Shown here: piece after piece, positions 12,702 to 23,945 of the stretch
How positions within the stretch are numbered: position 1 is the first letter of the stretch
How the letters are laid out: every line of letters starts with the position of its first letter
NCBI RefSeq assembly: GCF_006345805.1
Contig: NC_043001.1
Coordinates: 66,216,001-66,280,000 of the forward strand
Reading direction: 5' to 3'
From: Octopus sinensis
Lineage: Eukaryota
DNA: 64,000 bases
Notes under the pieces: generated by a model
The model's input: only the letters and a program-made list of their open reading frames with translations
What the model was told of the DNA's origin: nothing
Databases searched by the model: none
Program-made: the position numbers and the translations under genes

Positions 12702-12705
<4 letters not shown>
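12061..12705 (+). mobile_element. Cluster of family B SINEs, including an internally tandem-duplicated copy
   Basis: GTTC..GTTCAAATTC..CCGAGGTC core repeated at ~12125, ~12370 and ~12555. Confidence 0.85.
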
Positions 12706-12737
<32 letters not shown>

Positions 12738-12739
12738 TT

Positions 12740-13125
12740 ATTATTCAGTTCACAGGCTGGAATCAAACTCGGAAGCTTGGGGTTAGTAGCCCGCACTCTT
12801 AACCACTACGCCATATGCCCTTGGGCAATTATGGAGTGAATTTTAGGGTTTTTAAATTTAATATTATCCTATCATTCCTTAATACCTGTTCCCATATGCT
12901 ATTCATATCTGCAATCTGTCTGCTTAGGAGGTTGTTGTGTCCTAGCATATGTGCTGCTTCTTTCAGTTTTCGTATTTTCCAGTATTGTTCTCTGTCTATT
13001 ATTTTAAGTTCATCCCACAGTGGAAGGTGGTCTCCATTTTTCCATACATGATCAGCCATAGCCGATTTATCAATATCTCCTCGTGTCACAGCTTTGCGAT
13101 GTTCCTCTACCAGTGGATTCATATA
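12740..13125 (-). mobile_element. Inverted 3' portion of a Poseidon-type PLE (GIY-YIG C-terminus + tRNA-like module)
   Basis: Reverse complement of ~15040-15400; encodes KSAMADHVWKNGDHLPLWDELKIIDREQYWKIRKLKEA. Confidence 0.85.
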
Positions 13126-13129
13126 AAGC

Positions 13130-15400
13130 TAGAAGAGAGCGGAAAGGGCAGGACATGCCCTAGTCCGTGAGAGAATCCATTACAACCGTTCGAAAAAACA
13201 TCAACTAAATAACGAAATCATAGAGAGTTTATCTTCATTACTCGGGAAAATAACCAGAGATGATGATAGAAAGAGAATCCAACGAGATCTAGAAAAGTCG
13301 CACATTAAAGAATTTTAAATGGGGAAGACACGCCAGATTAAGAAGTTTATGAAATTCAAAGGTCAGAGAATGAAGGCTTAAGTCCGTCACCCACCTGTGA
13401 AAGCAGTAATTAATATAAGTAGCCGACATTGCGAAAGCTCTGAAGAAGCAGTATTAAACAAAGGTCTCAACTTTGCAACAACCATTCAAGCGCACTCCAT
13501 ACTTGGACACGATATTGAAGAGCTAGCCATAAATATACCAAAAGCTCGGGGAGATAAACTAAGGTGGAAAGTGAGACAGGTGCAAGAAAAAGCGAAATTT
13601 CCCAAAACAAACATCACTAAGGAAGAAAAGTTTGCTATCAAAAGACTACAGAGTGACAATTCCATTATAATGCTTCCAGCGGACAAGGGAAATGCTACTG
13701 TAGTGATGAACAAGTCTGACTAGTCGGAAAAATTGGCAAGTCTTATAAGTGATGGTAGCTACAGCAAAGTAAAAAAAGACCCAACTCTGAAAACCGAGAG
13801 GAAGTTGTCACAGATCTTGACCAAGAACAAATATCACTTTACACCATTGAAATACAGACAACTGACTCAACACTACAGTAAACTACCACACTTGTTCGGT
13901 CTCCCTAAGATTCAAGAGGATGGTATTCCATTAAGACCTATAGTGAGCTGTAGAGGTTCAGAATGTCATCCATTGAGCCGCTTCCTTGTGGATATAATCA
14001 GTCCATTAGCAAGAAAGTCAACATCGCACGTGAAGAATTCCACCCACTTCACAGAATTGATTAAGGATATTTCCATTGGATCCAACCAGATGGCGAGTCA
14101 AGATGTGATAAGTCTGTTCACCAAAGTCCCAACTGATGAAGCACTATCGGTGATTCAAGAGAAACTAGTGATAGACACCCATCTAAAAGAACGCACTAGT
14201 ATACCAATAAGAAACTTGATGGAAACTACCTGTGTAGAAACTACCTATTTCAGTATGGACACCGATATATATTGACAAGAGGAGGGTTTAGGAATGGGTT
14301 CACCATTATCTCCGATAATAGTCAATATATACATGGAATACTTTGAGAATTTGGCTTTAGGATCAACACCACTAGAACCAACCCTATAGCTGCGATATGT
14401 TAATGACACTTTCAGACTCTGGCCCAACCAGGAAGATGTCCAAGTGCTGTTAGATCATGTGAACTCAATAAAGCCATCAATACAGTTCACAATGGAAAAG
14501 GAAAAAGACAATCTGCTAGCATTCCTGGACGTATTAATAACACGCACCAAGTATGGATTCAGGACATACGTATACCGCAAGCCGACCTTCACTGGATGAT
14601 ACCTTAACTTCAATTCCTACCATCCACACAGTGTAAAGAGAGGGATTGCTCAGTGCCTAAAATATCGCGCAAAAAATATAAGCAGCGATCGTGATACTCA
14701 CCACGAAGAAATGATCAAGCTCAGTAACAATCTATTAAGCCACAACTACCCCCAAAAACATACTATCTACTCCAATTATGAAGAAAAGAGAAGATGAAAT
14801 CAGTAAACTTTCCACAGTATGTCTACCCTATGTGAAATGCCTCTCTGAAAAAATTACAAAAGATATGCGGCCCATCAGTACAGTATTCAACAGTAATACA
14901 ACACTTCGCAAATATCTCCTTCGGATAAAACCGCCAATAGGAGAGAACATGACCAAAAACTGCGTGCACTCCATCCCATGCAGCTTTGATAGGTTATACA
15001 AAGGCGAAACATGCTGCCCCCTCAAAATAAGGGTAGAGGAATATGGCAGAACTGTGACACGTGGAGATATTGATAAATTGGATATAGCTGATCATATATG
15101 GAAAAATAGAGACCACCTCCCACTGTGGGATGAACTTAAAATAATAGACAGAGAACACTACTGGAAAATACGAAAACTGAAAGAAGCAGCACATATGCTA
15201 GGACACAACAACCTCCTAAGCAGACAGATTGCAGATATGAATAGCATATGGGAACAGGTATTAAGGAAGGATAAGAAAATATTAGATTTATAAGCCCTAA
15301 AATTCACTCCATAATTGCCCAAGGGCATATGGCGTAGTGGTTAAGAGTGCGGGCTACTAACCCCAAGCTTCCGAGTTTTATTCCAGCCTGTGACCTGAAT
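13130..15400 (+). mobile_element. Poseidon-type Penelope-like retroelement, RT + GIY-YIG, inactivated
   Basis: LNKGLNFATT, LPADKGNATVVMNK and LFGLPKI..IPLRPIV motifs. The RT motif reads LRYVNDT (YVDD mutated); decayed GIY-YIG CVHSIPCSFDRLYKGET. Multiple stops and frameshifts. Confidence 0.92.
15323..15395 (+). other. tRNA-derived (Arg-ACG-like) Pol III A/B-box module at the PLE 3' end; not a functional tRNA
   Basis: A-box TGGCGTAGTGG. B-box GTTCGATTCC is intact in the 57781-57851 copy. The T-arm pairs poorly. Further copies at 12748-12820 (-) and 57781-57851 (-). Confidence 0.7.
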
Positions 15401-15460
15401 AATAACAATAATAATAATAATAATAATAATAATAATTATGATAATGATAATAATAATAAT

Positions 15461-15996
15461 GCCCTGATGCAGTACCAGGCTGTGGCTCTCGTGGCTTCTG
15501 GAAGTGTTATTATGTACATTGTTTTGCCTTAGTATAAAAGATGGGCTACAGCAAATATTCTACTCAATTTGCTTGTCAGTTGTTTGACCGTAACCAGTTG
15601 AGCATGTCCTTTACTGGCTGACGATATGTGCATCTCTGATCACGAGCCGAGCAGAAGTAGTAGGGGAGCATCATAGCTATGTGTTGAGAGGGATTCTTTG
15701 GGGTTTGAATAATTCACCCTTGGAAACATGGGTGTTTCGTTCAACATCCTTAAACACCCCTTATTCAGGGACCTTTTGAGCGGGATGGGCTACTCGACCA
15801 GAAGAAAATTCTAACTGGGCTCCACCAGCAAGGTCATGTGCTGTTTATCTTGATATGAGATCACCATGTCGCGCACATATGGTTCTGATGCATGTGTCTG
15901 TTGTACTCTTATCAGACGGGTAGTCATGATGGGTATACTGGGCTTCGTATATTTTACCCCAGTGTCACTTTGATGGCATGCACTGCTCTCTCACTC
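15461..15996 (-). mobile_element. ~540-bp non-coding interspersed repeat (family C, SINE-like)
   Basis: Near-full-length reverse complement of 37179-37732; both copies bounded by (AAT)n. Confidence 0.85.
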
Positions 15997-16004
15997 AATA
16001 ATAA

Positions 16005-17425
16005 TAATGCATTGATCGCTTCGATCCTTTTTCTCGCATTCAGCTCTGTCTTGAGTATTGCTCTTACTCTGCGATAACATTCTCTCCTGGTCCTTTCCTT
16101 CATCTCTGAATGCCTTATTCCGTCTCCTTCAATTACCCCTAGATACTTGTAGTTCTCCGCTGGGTCTAATTCTTTTATGACATTCTGCTGGTCAAGGTTA
16201 ACGTTAGATGTTTCTGTCATTTTTCCTTTGATAAAAGTAGCTTTTGTACATTTATCGAGGCCAAATTGCATTCTGATGTCATCACTTAATTGTTTGACAA
16301 TCGCTAGTAAGCCCTTGAGTTGTTGGTAATTTTTTGCAAAGAGCTTTAAATCATCCATGTAAATGAGATGATTTATATTTTTATCAAACATTTTATATCC
16401 GTACTGCGCGTCATTGAGCAGTTTTGAGAGAGGTATAAAGGCTAAACAGAAGAGGAGTGGTGATAGTGAGTCACCCTGGAAAATGCCACATGAAATTTTT
16501 ACATCACCAGCATTTAGAGATTCATTGTCACTGTTCAAAGTTAGTGTGGTTCTCCATGATCTCATACTTACAGACAAAAAGTTTCGCAGAGCAGGTGCTA
16601 TCTTATACATTTCTAGGCATTTCTTAATCCAGCTATGTGGTAGGCTATCAAAAGCCTTTTTATAGTCTATCCAGGCTATTGATAAGTTTTTGTGTCGTTT
16701 GTGACAATCTTCTAAGATCATCTTATTGATGAGTAGTTGATCTTTACAACCATAGGATCCACGTTGACATCCTTTCTGTTCATTAGGGAATATGCTGCTG
16801 TCTGTCAAAAAACTATAGGTATATTCCGTCAGGACAGATGTTAGTGTTTTATACATAGTTGTTAAGCAGGTTATGCGTCTATAGTTTTTTGATTCATTTG
16901 TTTCTTCACTTTTTGGAAGCAGGAATGTTAACCCATTAACTAGCCAAGGAGGCATCCTACTAGGGTGTTGCAAAACATCATTGTAAAGTTTTGTTAGCAG
17001 TTCATAGCTCTCTGGGAAGGCATTCAACCAGAAGTTAGGGATTTTATCCTTTCCTGGAGACTTCCATTTGCTTGACCTCCTGAGAGCAGATCTTATATCT
17101 TCTACCTTGACACCCTCCCACTTTTGCTCTTCTAAGGAGTCCAGTTCTTTAGATATTCTATCAATCCAGGGGGCCTTTTCGCTGTGTGTTTTTTCTTCTG
17201 CCCAAATTTTATTCCAAAATCCCTGCACTTCTTCTTTTGATGGTACAGACTTTACAGTAACTGTTGTTTTTCCTATCTTCCTGTAAAAGTTTTTGGGGTT
17301 ATTTTTGAACATGTTGTCCCTGAAGAATCTAACACGCTTTTCATACCTCGCTATGCGGGCAGCTTTAGCAGATACCTTTTGCTTGATGGTTTCTATGGTG
17401 GCATCAATATCAAGTATAGTTTTCA

Positions 17426-17426
<1 letters not shown>
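16005..17426 (-). mobile_element. Dong/R4-clade LINE reverse transcriptase fragment, ~470 uninterrupted codons
   Basis: KSPGKDKIPNFW, AWIDYKKAFDSLPH, GIFQGDSLSPLLF, HLIYMDDLKLFA and FGLDKC motifs; truncated at both ends. Confidence 0.92.
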
Positions 17427-17489
<63 letters not shown>

Positions 17490-17491
<2 letters not shown>

Positions 17492-17712
17492 GACGGCGAA
17501 CTGGCAGAATCGTTAGCACACAGAGCAAAATGCTTAGTAGTATTTCGTCTGTCTTCACGTTCCGAGTGTAAATTCCGCCGAGGTCGACTTTGCCTTTCAT
17601 CCTTTCGGGATTGATAAATTAAGTACCGGTTGAGTACTGGGGTCGATGTGATTGACTCTCCCCCCCACACACACACACAAAATCCAGGCTTTGTGCCTAT
17701 AGTAGAAAGGAT
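17490..17712 (+). mobile_element. tRNA-derived SINE, family B
   Basis: AAGACGGCGAACTGGCAGAATCGTTAGC head through GTAGAAAGGATTATT tail. Confidence 0.85.
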
Positions 17713-17735
17713 TATTATTATTATTATTAATATCA

Positions 17736-17832
<97 letters not shown>

Positions 17833-17867
17833 CATTATTATTATTATCATCATCATTATTATTATTG

Positions 17868-18490
17868 TATGTTTGACTTTTGCTTTATATTTGTACAAGC
17901 TGGCTCCAAGTCTCACCCGGAGACCTCAAGAGACAACAGGTTGGAAGTTCACGTTGTTGTTATGCCTAGTGTACCATATATTTGGTTGTTTTTTGTGTTG
18001 TACTGGTGGATGTCTAAAAAAAAATGTTTGTTTTAAACCTTGAGATTACATAGAAAGTATTTTGCGTAGGATATGAGCAGTTCCCATGAGCACTATCTTT
18101 TGAATTTCTGCCATTTTGGGGGTTTCCTGGTATCTGAGTTAGGTGGCAATCAGCCCCTTTTGCTATCATTCCCAGGGCACCTATGACAACAGGTATTGTT
18201 TTAGTCTTCAGGTTCCACATTTTGCTGATTTCTATTTCAAGATTTTTATATTTGCTCAGTTATTGGTAGGTCTTGACAGATACGTTTATATCGATTGGGA
18301 CAGTCATATCAATGAGGAGGCATGTTCTTTGTTTGAAGTCTTTCAATATGATGTCTGGCCTATTTGCATCTATCTTTCTGTCAGTTTGAATGGTGAAGTT
18401 CCAGAGGAGTGAGATGTCGTCATTTTCAAGCACTGGGGGTGTTTTGTGTTCCCACCAGTTTTTTTCATGGGGCAAATCCAGATTTTTGCA
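17868..18490 (-). mobile_element. Dong/R4-like LINE 3' end (REL endonuclease + 3' UTR)
   Basis: LLWNFTIQTDRKIDANRPDIILKD..LLIDMTVP and KTIPVVIGALGMI motifs; (ATT)n on both sides. Confidence 0.88.
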
Positions 18491-18491
18491 G

Positions 18492-18553
<62 letters not shown>

Positions 18554-18699
18554 CATTATTATTCGCACAGTATACAATATCGTGAGCTTATTGATCGGAG
18601 ATATTGTGTCTACCGGGGATTTGTACTGATTGTCAAATTACTGTTGTTGTTGTTGTTGTTATTACATTTGCTGGGAAATACATCAGAAGTATTTTCGAA

Positions 18700-18905
18700 C
18701 ATACAGAGTAAGTTCTGCTTAAAATATTGGGATCTTTTCCTTTTGAGCGGCAGTTTTCAACACAATTTCTAGTTATCTAAACACTTTTAAACTTCGTATA
18801 CTGATAGAATGTGTCAAAATAAAACATTTTTTTCTCTTGGCTTTCTTGAGAAAATTGTAATATGTAAGTTTAACGTAGTTTAATTTTTCGAATTTTAACC
18901 AATCC
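18700..18905. mobile_element. Probable non-autonomous DNA-transposon fragment
   Basis: Resembles an abundant octopus repeat from memory; no TIR pair seen in the window. Confidence 0.3.
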
Positions 18906-19419
18906 TATTGCCTCTATTGAGCTAAAATCATTTACTGCGTCTAAAACTGAGACAACATCCTGTCACTAACCCTAACTCTAACTCTGGTGTTCTGTGGTTG
19001 TTTTTCCTCGTAAGGAGCAATATGTTTGCTTCCCCTAAAAATCCACTCAAGTGGGCTTTAAAAACAAAACCCATTACAAGATAGCAGCGTCCAGCTTTAA
19101 AGCATTCAAAAAGAAAATAGCCCTCTAGCAGCTGAAAACTTCCCTTTTCTTCGTTCTCTTGTGTGTGTATGACGATCAAACAGTGCGGCGGCGGTGACGG
19201 AGGCAACGGTAACAATAACAATATCAAAAATAAGGCAGGCGAAGGAGAGGGGACAACGGACATGGTTATAGTTCAAAGTTCATCTCGTGTAACGGTGGAC
19301 GGTAGCAGCAGCAGCAGGAAAAACAGTAAAGGCGACATCAATAGTAGCAGTAGCAACAACAGTCGCGGTAGCAGGGGCAGTGGCAGTTTGACAGCAACAG
19401 AGGCGATAACAGCAAAGTA

Positions 19420-19421
19420 GA

Positions 19422-19519
<98 letters not shown>
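19420..19519. repeat. (AGT)n microsatellite
   Basis: Read directly. Confidence 0.97.
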
Positions 19520-19539
19520 CAACTCCACCAACAGTAACG

Positions 19540-22285
19540 AGTAAGGTTTCCTTCGCGAATGTGGCCACCTAAAAAAATATTTTTGCTCGCTCCCTAGAGG
19601 ATAAAACCTGTCGAGTGCGGCTAAATTTAGAAAATTCGAGGGGGAAAGGTGGAGCCGGCTCCGTCTCCTGAGACACAATCTGCTACAGCCATAAAAATAG
19701 TGACTTATGGATGCATTAGCCTCAAGTCTTGCATCTGGCAACAGCGACGAAGTCCCAACTGAAAGGGCCCTGCACGAAATATAGCAGGACATCGGCCATA
19801 TATCAAGAGCAAGCTATTCGGTGGATTCGAAGACTGAAGCCCTGGTAATCCAGCACTCTTCCCTACATATTTGGGGGAAATGGCAGTGAAAATTACCATA
19901 CAAGGGGTGCCACCAGAACTAGATTTGTGGTGGGTTCTCGCTTGTGTGGTATTGGAGAGGGGGAAATAGACCAGGATTACACAGGTGGTACTTCTCCATG
20001 TAAAGCCAGCCAACTGGAGAGAATGCCAGACCTGATCTCCCGACCCAGTAGAATAGATTTAAGAGTGAGTGTGGTGGGAAGATGATCGAGATTCCATGTC
20101 TGTGGAATGACGGATCATCTACTGATATTCTGCCCACGCAACAAAAACAAAAGGAGAGAAAGGAAGGCTCCACCGCTGACATTTACAACAAGACAAGAAA
20201 AGTGCAGCAACAACGGCAACAGTGGCTTGTGGATCACAAGAAAAATCACACCACCAAACTCCACGACCCCAACAATGACGGATGCAGCAGCGGCGTTTCC
20301 AATGGTAGCTCTATCTGCGACGGAAGGACCGGTTGCAGCAGCAAAAGGACAGTAACAGAAACAGCAGCAGAAATAGCCCCAATAGAACCACCACCACTGT
20401 CAACACCAACATCGACAAGAACATCGGCAGAAAGGACCATCCAAGCTCTCAACTCAGTTCTCCACCCCCTCTCACATAAACACTTACGTAAATTCTCACA
20501 AATATACAAACATACACCTGCCCATATCTCCGGTGTACTCCACAAACTCTGGTTTCTCCACATCTCGAAATAAAGACGAGGAGAAACCCCATAAACAGAA
20601 AGAAAGAAAAAAGGGAAAACACTCGGTCTCAGACTGACACACACACCGAAGAACGGAAAGAGCGCTCTCTCAGCAAGTAGTCACACCTACAACAGCACCA
20701 ACCCCACTTGCTCCACAACCATCAACACAACCAACGCTGCCATCACCAGCACAACCAACACTATCACAACCTTACCTCACACCAAAAGAGAGTGCTTACA
20801 AAAAAACAGTTACCCACACAGATCCAAATTTCGTGCTATTGGGGGGAACCAACAAAGTTTTGTTGGTCCTCATAGCTCGGGATAAAGGAATTGAGAGAGG
20901 GTTGCAATATATGACATCAGCACTTTTGAACTTCCGGAAGAGCTTTTGTTAGTGCGCATGCCGCAATCAATATCTAAAAACATTAGGGTGGCTTTCCCCC
21001 TACGACGTGAGAACCCCTAATGTAAAAACTACCAACAGACTTTTAAGAGTTCCCAAAGGAACTGCAGACAGAGCCGGGGAGTCGCACCATCTGGCCTGGG
21101 GACGTCATGGAAACAAGATCTCTCGCTCAATGACTTCAGGTCGCTAGGATTGGATGTGATAGTCACCAGGGAGACCACGGTTTCGAACACGCGCACACTA
21201 CGTTACTTTTTGACGATCTACTCATCTCTGGCTCGACCTGTAATGGAAGGAGGGGTGGCAATGCTATTTAGGAAAGGCCTAGATCTTGAGGTACGGACGA
21301 TCTTACTGGACCCGGACAGTAAGTTGGTGGTCCTGGATGTGAGCAATAGCGAATGTGGTACTTTTAGACTAGTTGCTGTGTACACTCCGACTGAGGTGGG
21401 TCAGCCAGATAGGAGATTGGGGTGTGAAAGCTTCACAAACCTATCAGTCGTTTCTAGTTGACTGAGAGGTTCCGATTGGATTTCCTGGATGCGCCATTGT
21501 GAACATGGGCACATAGTATCGGGTCTTTCAGATGGTATAGTATTTTGTAGGTAGCATAAGTTGTTCACAATTCAAAGTCGTCGACTATTCAGACCACAAA
21601 TTTATAATCTGTACGGGCGACTTAGATAGGATCCATAGACAGAGACCCGGGTGCTGGAAGTTGAACGCGTCTTTCCCAGTGAGTCAAACATTCAGAGACC
21701 GAGTTGTTTAGCAAGTTAATCCATCGGAAGTTGCCGGGTGCAATCATCAACAACCGATGGTCGATAAACTTGAATAGGTCTACAAGAGTAGAGTTGGTAA
21801 GGTTTAGTAAAGAAATAGCGTGAAGGAATCTAGTATAGATGGAGATCCAGTTAGGAAGCAAGAAAAAGCGCTTAGAAGAGACATAGCGATTGACGTGCTG
21901 ACGGCGAGATTGGCTCTTGGTCAATTCTTCACTGCTAAACATTACGTTGTCAGAGATAGGGCGCGTGCGCTAATACACGAGGGAATGAAAGCTGTTCGGT
22001 GGACCCACGTGACAGAGGCGCTACGTGCCAACAATGCCATAATTCTGTATTTGACGGACTTGAATGGTTACTCGGATCCAAGCAGTTGTGAGCGTTATTT
22101 CAGCGCTACTTTGCCAAACTAAACAGAGTGCGCGGTGAATCGTACACGGAAGTGGATTTCAACCATCTCGGTGGCATTCCGCGCCTTTCAGTCAGTCAGA
22201 GATGCGGAGTTCTGCGAAATGCCGATAACAGCCGAAAACATACAGGACGCGATGACTAACTGCACAAGGGAGAAGTCTGTCCATT
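19540..22285 (+). mobile_element. Old, decayed Tx1/L1-clade LINE (ORF1 zinc-knuckle remnant + APE endonuclease remnant)
   Basis: (F)HVCGMTDHLLIFC, a CCHC-like knuckle with the first Cys lost, at ~20090-20135. GGVAMLFRKGLDLEVRTILLDPDSKLVVLDV..FRLVAVY APE segment at 21255-21390. Homologous to the 26307-27400 element. Confidence 0.7.
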
Positions 22286-22556
22286 GAACCCCTGAATTTT
22301 CCACGTGAATGGAAATAATGAAGCTATCTGCTCCACTCCCTCAATATGAATTTTTATTCGCATTCATAGTAACTCATGTTGCTAACCGTGGGGTATAAAA
22401 ATATTTTTTCAGCTTATCGAACTTCGATATGGGAAACGCCGACAACCTTCGACGCCAATAAACTATTATTGATACTGAACATTGTTTTTATACCTACCAC
22501 GGACTGCTCGAAGCTTACTAACTTCCTACACTTAGATCATTAGATCTTATAATTAC

Positions 22557-22965
22557 ACTAGCAGTATCGCCCGGCGTTGCTCGGGTTTGTAAGGGAAATA
22601 ACTATATAAGCATTTTTAGAGATGTAAAGTATAATAGCCATCTCAATATTGCTAACCACAAAAGTGGGGGTGTTACTGTAGCTTTTTACGTTCTGAGATT
22701 TAATAATACATTTTTAGAGAGTTACTTCCCTTATATATGCCAAAAATGCATTAAAAATGGGGAAAATTGATGGTAATTTATTTTTTAATCGTAGACTCAT
22801 CGTAGACTCATCGTAGACGCGCGCTAATACCCAGAGGGGCTCGATATGAATCACGACTATAAGATACCCGGTTTTGGTTAAACTGCACCGCAAAATGTAG
22901 GAGTAGTTAGGAATCTAAATCGTAGGAGACAGAAAGCACACAACCTCACTTTTATATATAAAGAT
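22557..22965 (+). mobile_element. Helentron/HINE-type non-autonomous rolling-circle element
   Basis: Starts ACTAG followed by the sub-terminal hairpin CCCGGCGTTGCTCGGG; ends TTTTATATATAAAGAT. Confidence 0.6.
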
Positions 22966-23128
22966 ATCGATAATCTTCGTTCTGACTCCTATGACCATTA
23001 ACAGTGTGGAAGACATGTGATTGGGAAAGAATCCTCAATTTGGATATGTGTGTGTGTATGTGTGTGCGCGCGCGTCTGTGTGTGCATGCATATCCATGTA
23101 CGTACTACACAAACACACACACACTTAC

Positions 23129-23161
<33 letters not shown>

Positions 23162-23945
23162 AATATATCCATGTATATACTATACATACACACACATCTG
23201 TACAATGTACAAGAACCTTAAATATGTCGGTGTCTAAGCGTGTGTTTACTGAACTACTTATAAAGTCAATGTAGTTTGTATTTCATTACATTCACTGCTT
23301 GCATCAACTGTCGTGACTTCATGTAATGAATCAATGACGGGACACGGGCCGCTTGCCTTGTTCCACAGCTTAAGTTCGTTTTAGTGTAGTAATGACACAA
23401 CATTAATTCTCAGGCTCGTTGTTTCAAACCGACAAGAAGTGGAGACTGCTGTGTCTTAAAAAGAATGTTTGAACTATGAAAGTAAACCTGAATGTGATCT
23501 TTTTTTTTTAATCCACAGCAAGTAATACATCCTGGTGTAGATCTGAAGCCTGTCTTCAGACAATACAGTATTTTCATTATGAGTCCGTTTGGTGTCAGTT
23601 ATCATAATCTTCATACATAAATAAATAAATAAGTAAATAAAGTTTTTTCCGCATATTCTTAGTATTCTTAAACATAGGCAGATAGAACTTCAACCTCATC
23701 AGAGTGTTTTTTTTTTCAGTCGGTTAAGGGGAAGCTTCAACCGGCTAATTTGTTAATTAACTCATCAGCTCCCTTTTTTTCCCACATTTTCAGCGACCAT
23801 GGCTCAACATCTCGAATAAGGGAATCCTGTTGATTAGTTAAATAAGGAAATCAATCGGTTCTAAATTTCCGAAAATTCTTACCTGTGCCTAGACTAGTTA
23901 TATTTGGATACATGTCACAAAGCTAGATACGTATGGAGATAGATA

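Noticed and set aside
15323-15395. Genuine tRNA (anticodon ACT)
   Set aside because: The T-arm and acceptor stem are mispaired, the B-box is damaged in this copy, and it is always attached to a PLE end; it is a tRNA-derived repeat module.
15954-17600. 548-aa ORF as a host gene
   Set aside because: It is a chimera of antisense SINE, an (AAT)n tract and a truncated LINE RT; annotated as a TE fragment.
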